From NCBI GenBank assembly GCA_048571215.1, contig CP182352.1, forward strand, positions 1,120,001 through 1,184,000: a DNA stretch of 64,000 nt, read 5' to 3'. Within the stretch, counting starts at the first letter, position 1. Every line of letters begins with the position of its first letter. The notes beneath the pieces were generated by a model that worked only from the letters and a program-made list of their open reading frames with translations, did not search any database and had not been told where the DNA came from. This document shows, piece after piece, positions 29,682-39,723 of this stretch. The stretch is from Halarcobacter sp. (GTDB lineage Bacteria > Campylobacterota > Campylobacteria > Campylobacterales > Arcobacteraceae). The position numbers and the translations under genes are program-made.

Positions 29682-30408
29682 AGAGACAGGTATTCGACCT
29701 AAACCAATGGTTGAAATAGGAGGGAAGCCTATATTATGGCATATAATGAAGATATATTCAAAATATGGTTTTAATGAATTTGTAATATTACTAGGGTATA
29801 AAGGGTATTATATAAAAGAATACTTTGCAAATTATTTTCTTCATCAAAGTGATGTTACAATTGATATGAAAAATGGTAAGATGGAAGTATTAAATAATAG
29901 TAGTGAACCATGGGAAGTGACACTTCTTGATACAGGATTTGATAGTATGACAGGTGGCAGAATAAAAAGGGCTCAATCATTTATTGGAAATGAACCTTTT
30001 ATGTTAACTTATGGAGATGGTGTAAGTGATATAAATATAAAAGAACTTATAGCTTTTCATAAAGCACATGGAAAAGCATTAACAATGACATCAGTACAAC
30101 CAGCAGGAAGATTTGGTGCGTTAAATATAGATGAAAAAAATAGAGTTCATGAGTTTAAAGAAAAACCAAAAGGTGATTGGGCATGGATTAATGCTGGTTT
30201 TTTTATATGTGAACCAAAAGTGTTTGATTATATACTAGAAGGGGATAGTACTGTATTTGAGCAAGAGCCATTACAAGGTTTAGCACGAGATGGGGAAATT
30301 TATACATATAAACATGAAGGTTTTTGGAAACCCATAGATACTTTAAAAGATAAGAATGATTTAAATAAAATGTGGAATGGAAACAATGCCCCATGGAAAG
30401 TATGGTAA
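29635..30408 (+). CDS. rfbF: Glucose-1-phosphate cytidylyltransferase
   Basis: LAGGLGTRISEET..RPKPMVEIGG.PILWHIMK, MTGGRIK, TYGDG, APWKVW. Confidence 0.96.
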   Translation: MKVVLLAGGLGTRISEETGIRPKPMVEIGGKPILWHIMKIYSKYGFNEFVILLGYKGYYIKEYFANYFLHQSDVTIDMKNGKMEVLNNSSEPWEVTLLDTGFDSMTGGRIKRAQSFIGNEPFMLTYGDGVSDINIKELIAFHKAHGKALTMTSVQPAGRFGALNIDEKNRVHEFKEKPKGDWAWINAGFFICEPKVFDYILEGDSTVFEQEPLQGLARDGEIYTYKHEGFWKPIDTLKDKNDLNKMWNGNNAPWKVW

Positions 30409-31508
30409 TAGAAAATTTATTTGGTGGAATATATAAAAATAAAACAGTATTAGTTACTGGACATACAGGATTTAAAGGTTCATGGCTTGTATATTGGCTT
30501 ACTCAAATGGGAGCAAATGTAATAGGGTATTCTCTTGAAGCAGCAACTAATCCTAATCATATTTCACTTTTAGATATTGATATAATATCTGTAATAGGTG
30601 ATATAAGAGATTTAGGTAAACTTGATGAAACTTTCAAACAATATAAACCAGATATTGTTTTTCATCTAGCAGCCCAACCTTTGGTGAGACTTTCTTATGA
30701 AAACCCTATAGAAACATATGAAACAAATGTTATAGGAACTCTCAAAGTTTTTGAAGCATGTAGAAAACACAATGTAAAAGCTATAGTAAATATTACAAGT
30801 GATAAAGCTTATGAAAATAAAGAATGGATTTGGGGATATAGAGAAGATGATCCAATGGGTGGATATGATCCATATAGCTCATCTAAAGGGTGCGCAGATC
30901 TTTTAGCAAGTTCTTATAGAAACTCTTATTTCAATTTAAATGACTACAGATCTAAACACAATACACTATTAGCTACTTGTAGAGCAGGAAATGTTATAGG
31001 TGGTGGTGATTGGGCAAAAGACAGACTTATAACTGACATTATGGTTTCCGTTTCACAAAATAAAAAAGTAAATATACGAAATCCAAAAGCTACAAGACCT
31101 TGGGAACATGTACTTGAACCACTTAGTGGATATTTACATATTGGACAAAAACTACTAGAAGAAAAAAAAGAGTTTGCAGAAGCTTGGAACTTTGGACCAA
31201 GTGATGAAGGAAGTATTACAGTTGAAGAAGTAGTTCAAAATGTTAAAAAACATTGGGATAAAATAGATTATGAAATAAATCGTGACCCAAATCAACTTCA
31301 TGAAGCAAATCTTTTAAAGCTAGACTGTTCTAAAGTACATATTCAATTAAAATGGAAAGATGTTTGGGACAGTGATAAGACATTTGAAAAAACTGTAAAG
31401 TGGTATAAAACTTATTATGAAGAAAACAAAAAAGTTTTAACTGAGAGTGATTTGGAGTCTTATATACAAGATGCAAAGGCAAAAAAAATAGAATGGGCGA
31501 TTGTCTGA
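30372..31508 (+). CDS. rfbG: CDP-glucose 4,6-dehydratase
   Basis: TGHTGFKGSWL, HLAAQPLVR, TSDKAYEN, DPYSSSK, RAGNVIGGGDW, RPWEHVLEPL. Confidence 0.96.
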   Translation: MEWKQCPMESMVIENLFGGIYKNKTVLVTGHTGFKGSWLVYWLTQMGANVIGYSLEAATNPNHISLLDIDIISVIGDIRDLGKLDETFKQYKPDIVFHLAAQPLVRLSYENPIETYETNVIGTLKVFEACRKHNVKAIVNITSDKAYENKEWIWGYREDDPMGGYDPYSSSKGCADLLASSYRNSYFNLNDYRSKHNTLLATCRAGNVIGGGDWAKDRLITDIMVSVSQNKKVNIRNPKATRPWEHVLEPLSGYLHIGQKLLEEKKEFAEAWNFGPSDEGSITVEEVVQNVKKHWDKIDYEINRDPNQLHEANLLKLDCSKVHIQLKWKDVWDSDKTFEKTVKWYKTYYEENKKVLTESDLESYIQDAKAKKIEWAIV

Positions 31509-32581
31509 TGAGTAAAAAATTTAAAAGTTTAACTATAATAATTACAAATCTTGCGATTTTCTTTTTATTAATTGGGATAATTATTAGTTTTCCTATTTTT
31601 ACATATAATTTTTATAAATTATTTACTAGCGAAGATAAAAAGTCTAAAAACTATAATTATCAAAACCCTAAAATAATAAAAGAAACAGATGGTTTAAAAC
31701 AAAAATTTTCAGATACTGAAGGTCTTATATATGTAAAATATACTGGAAAATATGTGAATATAGATAAAATTGGAAATCGTAAGACTGATTTATCTGAGGA
31801 AATTTTGTTAGACCAAGCAGAATATTTTTTCTTTGGTCCATCAGTGATTTGGGGGTATGGAGAGGAAGATAAAAAAACTATTCCATCAATTTTTTCTCAA
31901 ACAAATAATGTTTTTGTTAAAAACTTTTCTTCAAATGGATACACTAGTCATTATTCATTGAGTAAATTAATTAATTTTTATATAGATAATCCTAAATCAG
32001 ATAAAAAAAGAGTTATAATATTTAATGATGGTCCCCTAGATTATTTTAGTAATTGTAAAAATAATGATTTTATATTAAAATCAAACATATCAGATGATAT
32101 AAATAGTTTGATAACATCAAAGACTAATACTAAAAACTTTGAATTTAGTTTTAAATATATTATATATCCATTTAAAAGTCTAATTAATAAAATGATAAAT
32201 AAAGTTGAAATGTTTTTGTAGTAAAGAAAAAATTAATTTCATAACTGATGGTATTATTAAAAACTGGCAGTTTGCAAAAAGATTGTTGAGTCTCACAATG
32301 ATATTTTCATATCAGTTTTAATACCTGTGTCATATCTTGATGGAAATAGTTCCGATATAAAAATTGATAAATTTACATTTGATGAAAAAACTCAAAATGC
32401 AATTAAAATTGGATATGGACAAATAAAAACAAAAATGAAAACTATGAATATGAATTTTGTTAATCTTGATGAGATATTTATTGATAGACCAAATTCTTAC
32501 TTAGATAAATTACATTATTCATATAATGGTAAAATTATTTTTGTCAATGAATTAAATAAAAAAATAAAAAATATTAAGTAA
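31508..32581 (+). pseudogene. SGNH-fold protein pseudogene, diverged paralogue of 16694-17725
   Basis: FFGPSVIWGYGEED.KTIPSIFSQ and YLDKLHYS lie in different frames; frameshifts near 32210-32290. Confidence 0.8.
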
Positions 32582-32590
32582 AGGTAAAAT

Positions 32591-33349
32591 ATGAGAAACT
32601 TATTAGATAACGTACTAGTATCTTTATTGTCTGTTACAATTATGTTATTTATAATAGAAGGTGTATAAAGAATTAAAAACTCAGATATGCGTAATTACAA
32701 TATCGAAATGTGGAAATATACAAAAGAATTAAAAGTTAAAAGTGAGAATCCAAAACTTGGTTTTTATCATAAACCATCAAGTGAATCAATTCTTCAATCT
32801 GTAAAAATTCGTACAAATAGCTTTGGATTAAGAGGTAAAGAGATTTTAAAAGAAAAAAGTGTAAATAGAAGAGTTCTTTTTTTAGGTAGTTCTGCTACAC
32901 TTGGATGGGGTGTTAAAGAAGAAAATACTATGATTTCACTTTTAAATAAGAGAATGGTTAGTGATGTTAGAGATGATAAACGATTATCATTATGTGATAC
33001 GGAAAAAAATTTAGAAGGTATAGAAAAACTAAAACAAAAACGAAGTGAAATACCTGCAGTAACACATATTGATTATTCTGCAAGAGTTCAAACAGTTGAT
33101 AAAAATACCAATAAAAGATATTATCATTTATTAAGTAAGTTTGATAGTTTAACCTCTTGTCCTATTTTGGTTAATACATCATTTAATGTACGAGGTGAGC
33201 CTATTGTCTGTTCTCCTAAAGATAGTTATATATGTTTTATGCGTACTGGAATTGATATATTAGTTTTGGAAGATTTTATATTATATAAAACTGAACAAGA
33301 TGCCAATGATTATGATGATAACTGGAAAGAGACTTTTGAGCTTGATTAG
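32591..33349 (+). pseudogene. Chimeric pseudogene: SGNH 5' part fused in frame to carbamoyltransferase 3' part
   Basis: Premature TAA near 32666; 32639-32957 copies 17770-18088 and 32955-33413 copies 22100-22558. Confidence 0.9.
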
Positions 33350-33413
33350 ACTTAAATTAAGAAAATAGATCATGAAAATTATAATTACAGGAGCTAGCGG
33401 TTTTTTAGGAAGT
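32639..33413 (+). repeat. Near-identical, internally deleted duplicate of 17770-22558
   Basis: Direct sequence comparison; only scattered substitutions; includes the first codons of the epimerase gene. Confidence 0.92.
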
Positions 33414-33469
33414 CACTTATATAAAATATTTTATAGAAAAAATTTGCTCTTATAGTGATTATTTAATTA

Positions 33470-33617
33470 CCCATTTTTTTATTAAGAATGAATGACTAGA
33501 AACACCATAGACCTCATGAAGAACTTAATAATTTAAGTCCTATACAATTTCTAAATAGGCATAATTCTAACATGAAATTACTTGCTTAAATCTGGTCCAC
33601 ATATTGGGGAGGGGACA
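33470..33617 (+). mobile_element. IS3-family right-end remnant
   Basis: HRPHEELNNLSPIQFLNRH (IS3 OrfB C-terminus) and terminal GTCCACATATTGGGGAGGGGACA, similar in inverted form to the left end at 36394. Confidence 0.7.
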
Positions 33618-33783
33618 ATCTTTTTTATAAAAACTTAAATAATTTACACCTATTGAGTAAAAAGAATGTTTCAAATATAAAGCTTAACATTTAAAAGTTT
33701 AGTAAATAGGGATTTCATAAAATTATAGAAAAGAAGATTGTAAGTAAAATTTATAAGGATTATCTGAAATTAAAAGGATAAAA

Positions 33784-34497
33784 ATGCAAGATAAAGACAT
33801 ACAAAAAAACAATTATTTTAAATATAGGAACATAGGCTCATCTACATATGAAAATACTTCTTTACCATTTTGGATTAAGAGTGAAATAGAAAATAATGAC
33901 TTAAAAATTTTAGATTATGGTTGTGGGTTTGGACAAAATATTCAATCTTTAACTAATGAAAGATTCAAAAATGTTTATGGTGTAGATATTGAAAAACAAG
34001 CAATTGCATCATGTATTAGTAAAGGTTTTAATGTAAAAGAGTTAGACTTGGAAAACTTGAAAAATCCGTTTGATATAAAATTTGATGTCATTATACTTTC
34101 TCATATTATTGAGCATATTCAAAAAAATGAAATTATCAACACATTAGTATTCATAAAAAATGAATTTTTAACGGATGGTGGAAAATTATTAATAGCCGTT
34201 CCAAATGCTCAGTCAAATACTGATAGTTATTGGGCTTATGAAGATTGGACACATACCACACTATTTACAAGTGGTTCTATATACTATGTTTTAAAAGCAG
34301 CGGGTTTTAAAACAATTGAGTTTTTGGATATTGACTGTACATTAGATAGTAAATTAAAAATCAAAGTTTATATTAGAAAGTTTTTTTTAAGACTATATAA
34401 GTTAAATAAAAATTTTTGGAATAAAGTTACATGCAGCTCATATCATCAACCCTCACCACAAATATTTAGTTATGAAATAAAAGTTAGAGCACAATAA
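33784..34497 (+). CDS. Class I SAM-dependent methyltransferase
   Basis: ILDYGCGFG, GVDI, FDVIILSHIIEH, VPNA, DWTH. Confidence 0.9.
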   Translation: MQDKDIQKNNYFKYRNIGSSTYENTSLPFWIKSEIENNDLKILDYGCGFGQNIQSLTNERFKNVYGVDIEKQAIASCISKGFNVKELDLENLKNPFDIKFDVIILSHIIEHIQKNEIINTLVFIKNEFLTDGGKLLIAVPNAQSNTDSYWAYEDWTHTTLFTSGSIYYVLKAAGFKTIEFLDIDCTLDSKLKIKVYIRKFFLRLYKLNKNFWNKVTCSSYHQPSPQIFSYEIKVRAQ

Positions 34498-34498
34498 A

Positions 34499-35650
34499 AT
34501 GTTATCCAAACTAAAAAATCTGATAAGATTTATAATCTATTATTTTATAAATCTTATCATCAAGCCAGCAGAAGATATAAAACAAAAATCTCTTTTACTT
34601 GTTCGCTTGGATGCTATAGGAGATTATATACTTTTTAGAAACTATATAGAAGTGTTGAAAAAAAGTGAAAAATATAAAGACTATTCTATTACACTTCTTG
34701 GAAATAATGACTGGAAAAATATAAGTGAAGAATTTGATAGTGATTTTATAGATAATTTTATTTGGCTTGATAAAAATAAATTTTTAAAAGATTTTTTATA
34801 TAGATATAAAAAGTTTAAAGAGATTGTATCAAATGGTTATGAAATAGTTTTGAGTTCTGTATATAGTCGAGAGTTTTTTTATGATGACAATATTGTTAAA
34901 CATATATTTGCAAATGAAAAAATAGGACATATAGGAGACTTGTCAAATATAAAAAAATGGCAAAAAAATATAAGTGATAAATATTATGATAAATTGATAC
35001 CTGCAAAAGACGAAATAATATTTGAATTTTATAGAAATAAAGATTTTTTTGAAATTTTACTTGAAGCTAAGCTTGATATGATTAAACCACATATAGATTT
35101 AATGCCAAAGAAATTAGATTATGATTTACCACAAAATTATGCAATACTTTTTATTGGAGCAAGTGTAAGTTTTAGAAAATGGAGTATTGAAAAGTTTTCT
35201 AAAGTGGGAATGCATTTAAAAGAAAAGTATAATTATGAAATAGTTCTTTGCGGAGGACCTAGTGATAATGATAGTGCAAAAGAGTTTTCCTATCATTATA
35301 AAGGCAAATATTTAGATTTAGTTGGAAAGACTACTTTAGTAGAATTACTTACTGTTATTTATAATGGAAATCTTATATTATCAAATGAAACTTCAGCACC
35401 TCATTTTGCAGTTGCACTTGATGTTGAGAATATATTTGTTATATCAAATGGTAATCATTATGGACGATTTACTCCTTATCCCAAAGAAGTAGTAGCAAAT
35501 TATCATGTGATATACCATCCTGAAATAGAAAAAGATTTGGGTAATTATAAAAAGTTGATCAATAGTTATGGGTATAGAAGTTATTTGGATATAAATGAGA
35601 TAAGTGTAGAAACTGTAAAAAATAAAATTGAAAAGGTTTTAAATGGGTAG
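34499..35650 (+). CDS. Glycosyltransferase family 9 (heptosyltransferase-like)
   Basis: VRLDAIGD, GAS..FRKW, DLVGKTTL.EL, SNETSAPHFAVAL. Confidence 0.9.
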   Translation: MLSKLKNLIRFIIYYFINLIIKPAEDIKQKSLLLVRLDAIGDYILFRNYIEVLKKSEKYKDYSITLLGNNDWKNISEEFDSDFIDNFIWLDKNKFLKDFLYRYKKFKEIVSNGYEIVLSSVYSREFFYDDNIVKHIFANEKIGHIGDLSNIKKWQKNISDKYYDKLIPAKDEIIFEFYRNKDFFEILLEAKLDMIKPHIDLMPKKLDYDLPQNYAILFIGASVSFRKWSIEKFSKVGMHLKEKYNYEIVLCGGPSDNDSAKEFSYHYKGKYLDLVGKTTLVELLTVIYNGNLILSNETSAPHFAVALDVENIFVISNGNHYGRFTPYPKEVVANYHVIYHPEIEKDLGNYKKLINSYGYRSYLDINEISVETVKNKIEKVLNG

Positions 35651-35651
35651 C

Positions 35652-36393
35652 GGAGACCGTTCAAAAATCTGTGTCAAGTCACCTAAAGTAACAAATCCAT
35701 ACTTGTTACAACTCTAAATAATTATCCAATCTCCCTTCGAAAAATATAGCAAGTTGGGAGATTGTTAAACTCCAATTATGCACTGGCTGAGTCCATTTTA
35801 CTTTTGCATTTAATATTCCCATATACAACAATTTTAAAAGTGAATTCTCATTAGGGAAAGCTCCTTTTGTTTTGGTTAATTTTCTAAATTGCCTATGTAC
35901 AGATTCAATAATATTTGTAGTGTACATAATCTTTCTTATCTCTTTTGGATATTTAAAATAATAAGATAAATTCTCCATTTATTTTGCCAAGATTGAAGTA
36001 CTATGGGATATCTTTTCCCCCATTTTTAATCTAGTTTTAAAAGCTCATCTTCTGCAAGTTCTTTTGTTGTTGCTTGATAAACAAGTTTTAAATCTCTCAT
36101 AAACTCTTTTTGGTCTTTAGAGGCTACATACTTCAATGAATTACGAATTTGATGTACAACACAAAGTTGTACTTCGGTATTTGGATATATTGTTTTAATA
36201 GCTTCAGGAAAGCCTTTAAGACCATCTACTGATGCAATTAGTATATCTTCTAATCCTCTATTATTTAAATCAGTAAGAACACTAAGCCAGAAGTTTGCTC
36301 CTTCACTTTGGGATAAATATAATCCTAATATATCTTTTTTACCATCAATTCCCATCCCTAAAACTGTGTAAACTGCTTTACTCACATACTTCC
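35652..36393 (-). mobile_element. IS256-family element, 5'-truncated, transposase interrupted
   Basis: Fragments KAVYTVLG..DG.KDILG, VDGLKGF, QLCVVHQIRNS, YTTNIIES..RK.TKTKGAFP; IS256-like end GGAGACCGTTCAAAAATCTGTGTCA. Confidence 0.9.
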
Positions 36394-36503
36394 TGTAAGC
36401 CTCCCCAAATAATGGACTAAATAAAACAGAATAATTCTGCTAAAATTTATTTAGGAGAATTGTGAATGAGAAATAGTAAATATGCAAAAGAATTTAGAGA
36501 TGA
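36394..36503 (+). mobile_element. IS3-family left-end remnant
   Basis: TGTAAGCCTCCCCAAATAATGGAC end, AGGAG RBS, MRNSKYAKEFRDE (same family as 13810). Confidence 0.75.
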
Positions 36504-36505
36504 AG

Positions 36506-36803
36506 GATCAATTGCTTTTGATCTAGTTTCTTTCCTACATTGAAAATATTGTTTAGCTACTTAGAATTTGTTTCTTTTTTTTGTTATTGCTAGAGGCTCT
36601 TCTCTGATTCTTTGTTTTGTAATAATTTCATTTTTAATTTAATTACAATATTTTTCTCTAAATCCCTCAAAATATTAACCAATTTTTTTTACAGTATTAT
36701 TGTATTCATTTTTATATGTTATATAATATGTTTTGTCAGGTTTACCATTTGTAACAGACTTCCTATAATAAATACCTGTAAGCTTAGTCTTTATTTTTGA
36801 TAT
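36506..36803 (-). pseudogene. Tyrosine integrase N-terminal relic
   Basis: Minus strand reads ISKIKTKLTGIYYRKSVTNGKPDKTYYITYKNEYNNTVKKIG*YFEGFREKYCN*IKNEIITKQRIREEPLAITKKR, resembling integrase arm-binding N-termini; about 150 bp from attR. Confidence 0.7.
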
Positions 36804-36949
36804 CTTCCAACCTATTTTCAACTAAATTTAAGACTTATTGGATTAAATTAATTTTATTGGAAGAAGTCAATCTTTCCTAGAATAAGGTTTTATGATGGTT
36901 TTAATACTTATTTTATTAATTAAGGCTTATTGGAATTTAATGCTAATCG

Positions 36950-37003
36950 GGATTTCCTCCTGTAAACGGATGTTCGAATCATCCTGGGGTCGCCATCTAT
37001 TTT
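36950..37003 (+). repeat. attR direct repeat (tRNA-Glu 3' half)
   Basis: Identical to 13604-13657. Confidence 0.95.
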
Positions 37004-37127
37004 TTACAAATTTCTAAAAAGATTAAGAGAGTTAAATTTTAATTGATATATAAATACTACTATTAAAATAACTGAAATTTACAATTTACATTTTTAGGTA
37101 ATGTTATTATAATCTTGTTTTACTATA

Positions 37128-38150
37128 GTGGGAAATACTATGATTTATTTGGAGAAAAATATGAATAAAAATGTACCATTATCTGTATTAGATTTAATCC
37201 CAGTAGGTGAGGGCTTTACAATAACACAAGCTATTGAAAACAGTACAAAACTTGCCCAAGGGGTAGAAGAGTTTGGATTTACTCGTTATTGGGTTGCTGA
37301 GCATCATAATTTCTCAGGGATAGCTAGTGCTGCTACTTCTGTAGTATTGAGTTATATTGGATCACAAACTAAAAACATAAGAATAGGTTCGGGTGGGATT
37401 ATGTTGCCCAATCACTCTCCCTTAGTTATTGCAGAGCAATTTGGTACTTTAGAGTCTTTATATCCAAATAGAATAGATTTAGGACTAGGTAGAGCTCCTG
37501 GTACAGATAGACAAACAATGATGGCATTAAGACGAGATATTAATAATGACGATTTTCCTTCGATGCTTCAATATTTACAATACTATTTATCTGATGAAGC
37601 AGGGAAAAAAGCAATAAAAGCAATACCTGGATTCGGATTAGATATTCCTATTTGGTTACTTGGTTCTAGCACCTTTAGTGCACAATTAGCTGCTCAAAAG
37701 GGTTTACCTTTTGTTTTTGCTTCACACTTTGCACCTGATTTGATGGATGATGCTCTAAGAATATATAAACAAAACTTTAAACCATCTGCCCAACTAAAAG
37801 AGCCTTATGTAATGGTTTGTATCAATATTGTATGTACCAATACAAATGAAGAAGCTCAATATTTAGCCACAACAGAACTTCAAAAATTCCTTTATCTTCA
37901 AAGGGGAGATAGTAAACAATTACCAAAACCAACAGAAGATATGAATAGCTTATGGGAACAGTGGGAAGAAAATAGTATAAGACACAAAACAAGAGAATCT
38001 ATTTGGGGAACACCTGATTATGTTAAAGAAAGACTTGAACATCTTATTGAAAGAACTGGTGCAAATGAAATTATGGTAAACTCAATGATACATGACCCAG
38101 ACAAAAGAATAAAATCTTATGAACTTATCTCAAAAGTTTGGTTTAATTAA
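37128..38150 (+). CDS. LLM-class flavin-dependent oxidoreductase (luciferase-like; true start probably 37161)
   Basis: LSVLDL, RYWVAEHHN, RIGSGGIMLPNHSPL..AEQFGTL, DLGLGRAPG. Confidence 0.93.
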   Translation: MGNTMIYLEKNMNKNVPLSVLDLIPVGEGFTITQAIENSTKLAQGVEEFGFTRYWVAEHHNFSGIASAATSVVLSYIGSQTKNIRIGSGGIMLPNHSPLVIAEQFGTLESLYPNRIDLGLGRAPGTDRQTMMALRRDINNDDFPSMLQYLQYYLSDEAGKKAIKAIPGFGLDIPIWLLGSSTFSAQLAAQKGLPFVFASHFAPDLMDDALRIYKQNFKPSAQLKEPYVMVCINIVCTNTNEEAQYLATTELQKFLYLQRGDSKQLPKPTEDMNSLWEQWEENSIRHKTRESIWGTPDYVKERLEHLIERTGANEIMVNSMIHDPDKRIKSYELISKVWFN

Positions 38151-38287
38151 TACCTTAAATTGTACAAAAAATTAATATATTTTAACAATGATATTAAAGG
38201 CTATACTCTTTTGGTTTATTGAAGTAAAAGTACGAAATTTAAGATAATAAAAATACAAATTTAAATTAAATTTAGTTACTATTTTAT

Positions 38288-39715
38288 ATGGACAATAAAC
38301 AAATTGATTTAAAATTTAGAAAATCTATATTGCTTACATTGATATTATTTGCATTTATTATTTTTGTATCATTTATTATAATTGAAAAATATATTTTAGA
38401 AAACGAATTTAAAAAGCAGATATTAAATAGTACAAGTACAAATATTGAAAAAAAAGAGATTCATTTAAATAAATTAATAAATAATGCAAAAAATACTTTA
38501 ATATATATTAGTAAATCAAAAGATTTCAATAGAGTTATAGATAATAAAAATTATAAAAAACTAGAAAACTTTTTTTTAACAATATCTCAATCAAATACTT
38601 ATTTTATGCAATTGAGATTTTTAGATAAAGAGGGTATAGAACGTATTAGAATTGATAGAAGAAATGGGTCTTCATCACCTAAAATTATAACGTTAAACAA
38701 GCTACAAGATAAATCAATTAGGGATTATTTTATTGAATCAAAAAAATCAAAAGGTATCTATATTTCAGATTTAGATTTAAATATTGAAAATAATAAAATA
38801 GAATACCCTTTTAAATCCACACTTAGAATTATATATCCAATTATTAGAAATAATAATTTTGTTGGAGAATTGATTATAAATTTAGAAATCAATATATTTA
38901 TAGAATCATCACTATTTGATACTATGATTTGTAATTCAAATGGAAAAATTATTTTACCATTTGATAGAAAAGAAAAGAATTTTAATGATAATCTAAATAA
39001 TTATTTACCAGAAATATATAATGATATATTAAACAATAAAAAATATATACATAAAAATTATATTTCATATAAATTGGAAATAGGGGATAATAAGAGTATA
39101 ATTATTATCTCAAAATTAAAAGAAAAGTATTTTAAAAAATTTCAATATGATCAATTTAAAATAAGAGTTTTGATATTTAGTGCCCTATTGATTTTTATTA
39201 TAATTGTTATATTTATAGTTTTTAAAAGATTCAATGAAATACTTTATTTACATTATAAATCTAAACTTAATGATAAAGTTAACTTTAGTAATAAAGAGTT
39301 TAAAGCTGCAAATAATTTTTTATCAAAAAATATAGAACCTCAATTAATACTTTCCCAAGTATCTACAAGTATGATACTAACTGATGATAAAATTAAAATT
39401 TTATATGTAAATAAAGCCTTTGAAGAGCTTTATGGATATAAAGAAAATGAAGTTTTAGGAAAAAATCCAGGTTTTTTAAGAAATGAAGATTCAAAGCAGC
39501 GGGGTTTAAAAAGCTTGAAAGATGCAATTACAAATCAAAAAAGTACTACTGTGATTTTGAGAAATTATACAAAAGATAATCAATTAAAGTATGTGGAACT
39601 ATCAATTTCCCCTATAATTGATGAAAAAACTGCTAAAATAATATACTATTTGGGGATACATAAAGATGTTACTAAAGAACAAAAAATATTAAAACAATTG
39701 AAGAGAATATTTTAA
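38288..39715 (+). CDS. Membrane sensor: TM-Cache-TM-PAS, no output domain
   Basis: QLRFLD..G.E..R..R, LQDKS.RDYF, ISDLDLNIE; PAS YVNKAFEELYGY..EVLGKNPGFL..DVT at the C-terminus. Confidence 0.8.
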   Translation: MDNKQIDLKFRKSILLTLILFAFIIFVSFIIIEKYILENEFKKQILNSTSTNIEKKEIHLNKLINNAKNTLIYISKSKDFNRVIDNKNYKKLENFFLTISQSNTYFMQLRFLDKEGIERIRIDRRNGSSSPKIITLNKLQDKSIRDYFIESKKSKGIYISDLDLNIENNKIEYPFKSTLRIIYPIIRNNNFVGELIINLEINIFIESSLFDTMICNSNGKIILPFDRKEKNFNDNLNNYLPEIYNDILNNKKYIHKNYISYKLEIGDNKSIIIISKLKEKYFKKFQYDQFKIRVLIFSALLIFIIIVIFIVFKRFNEILYLHYKSKLNDKVNFSNKEFKAANNFLSKNIEPQLILSQVSTSMILTDDKIKILYVNKAFEELYGYKENEVLGKNPGFLRNEDSKQRGLKSLKDAITNQKSTTVILRNYTKDNQLKYVELSISPIIDEKTAKIIYYLGIHKDVTKEQKILKQLKRIF

Positions 39716-39723
39716 GGCTAAAG

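Larger units (their letters stand above)
13604..37003. mobile_element. tRNA-Glu-integrated genomic island (about 23.4 kb) carrying glycan synthesis and modification genes; decayed
   Basis: Flanking 54-bp direct repeat of the tRNA 3' half, integrase relic next to the right repeat, IS remnants, several pseudogenes. Confidence 0.9.

Noticed and set aside
32687..33349. Novel SGNH-carbamoyltransferase fusion enzyme
   Set aside because: Deletion chimera lacking the SGNH DxH motif, the membrane anchor and the carbamoyltransferase N-domain
36950..36995. Second tRNA gene
   Set aside because: Only the 3' half is present; it is the attR repeat
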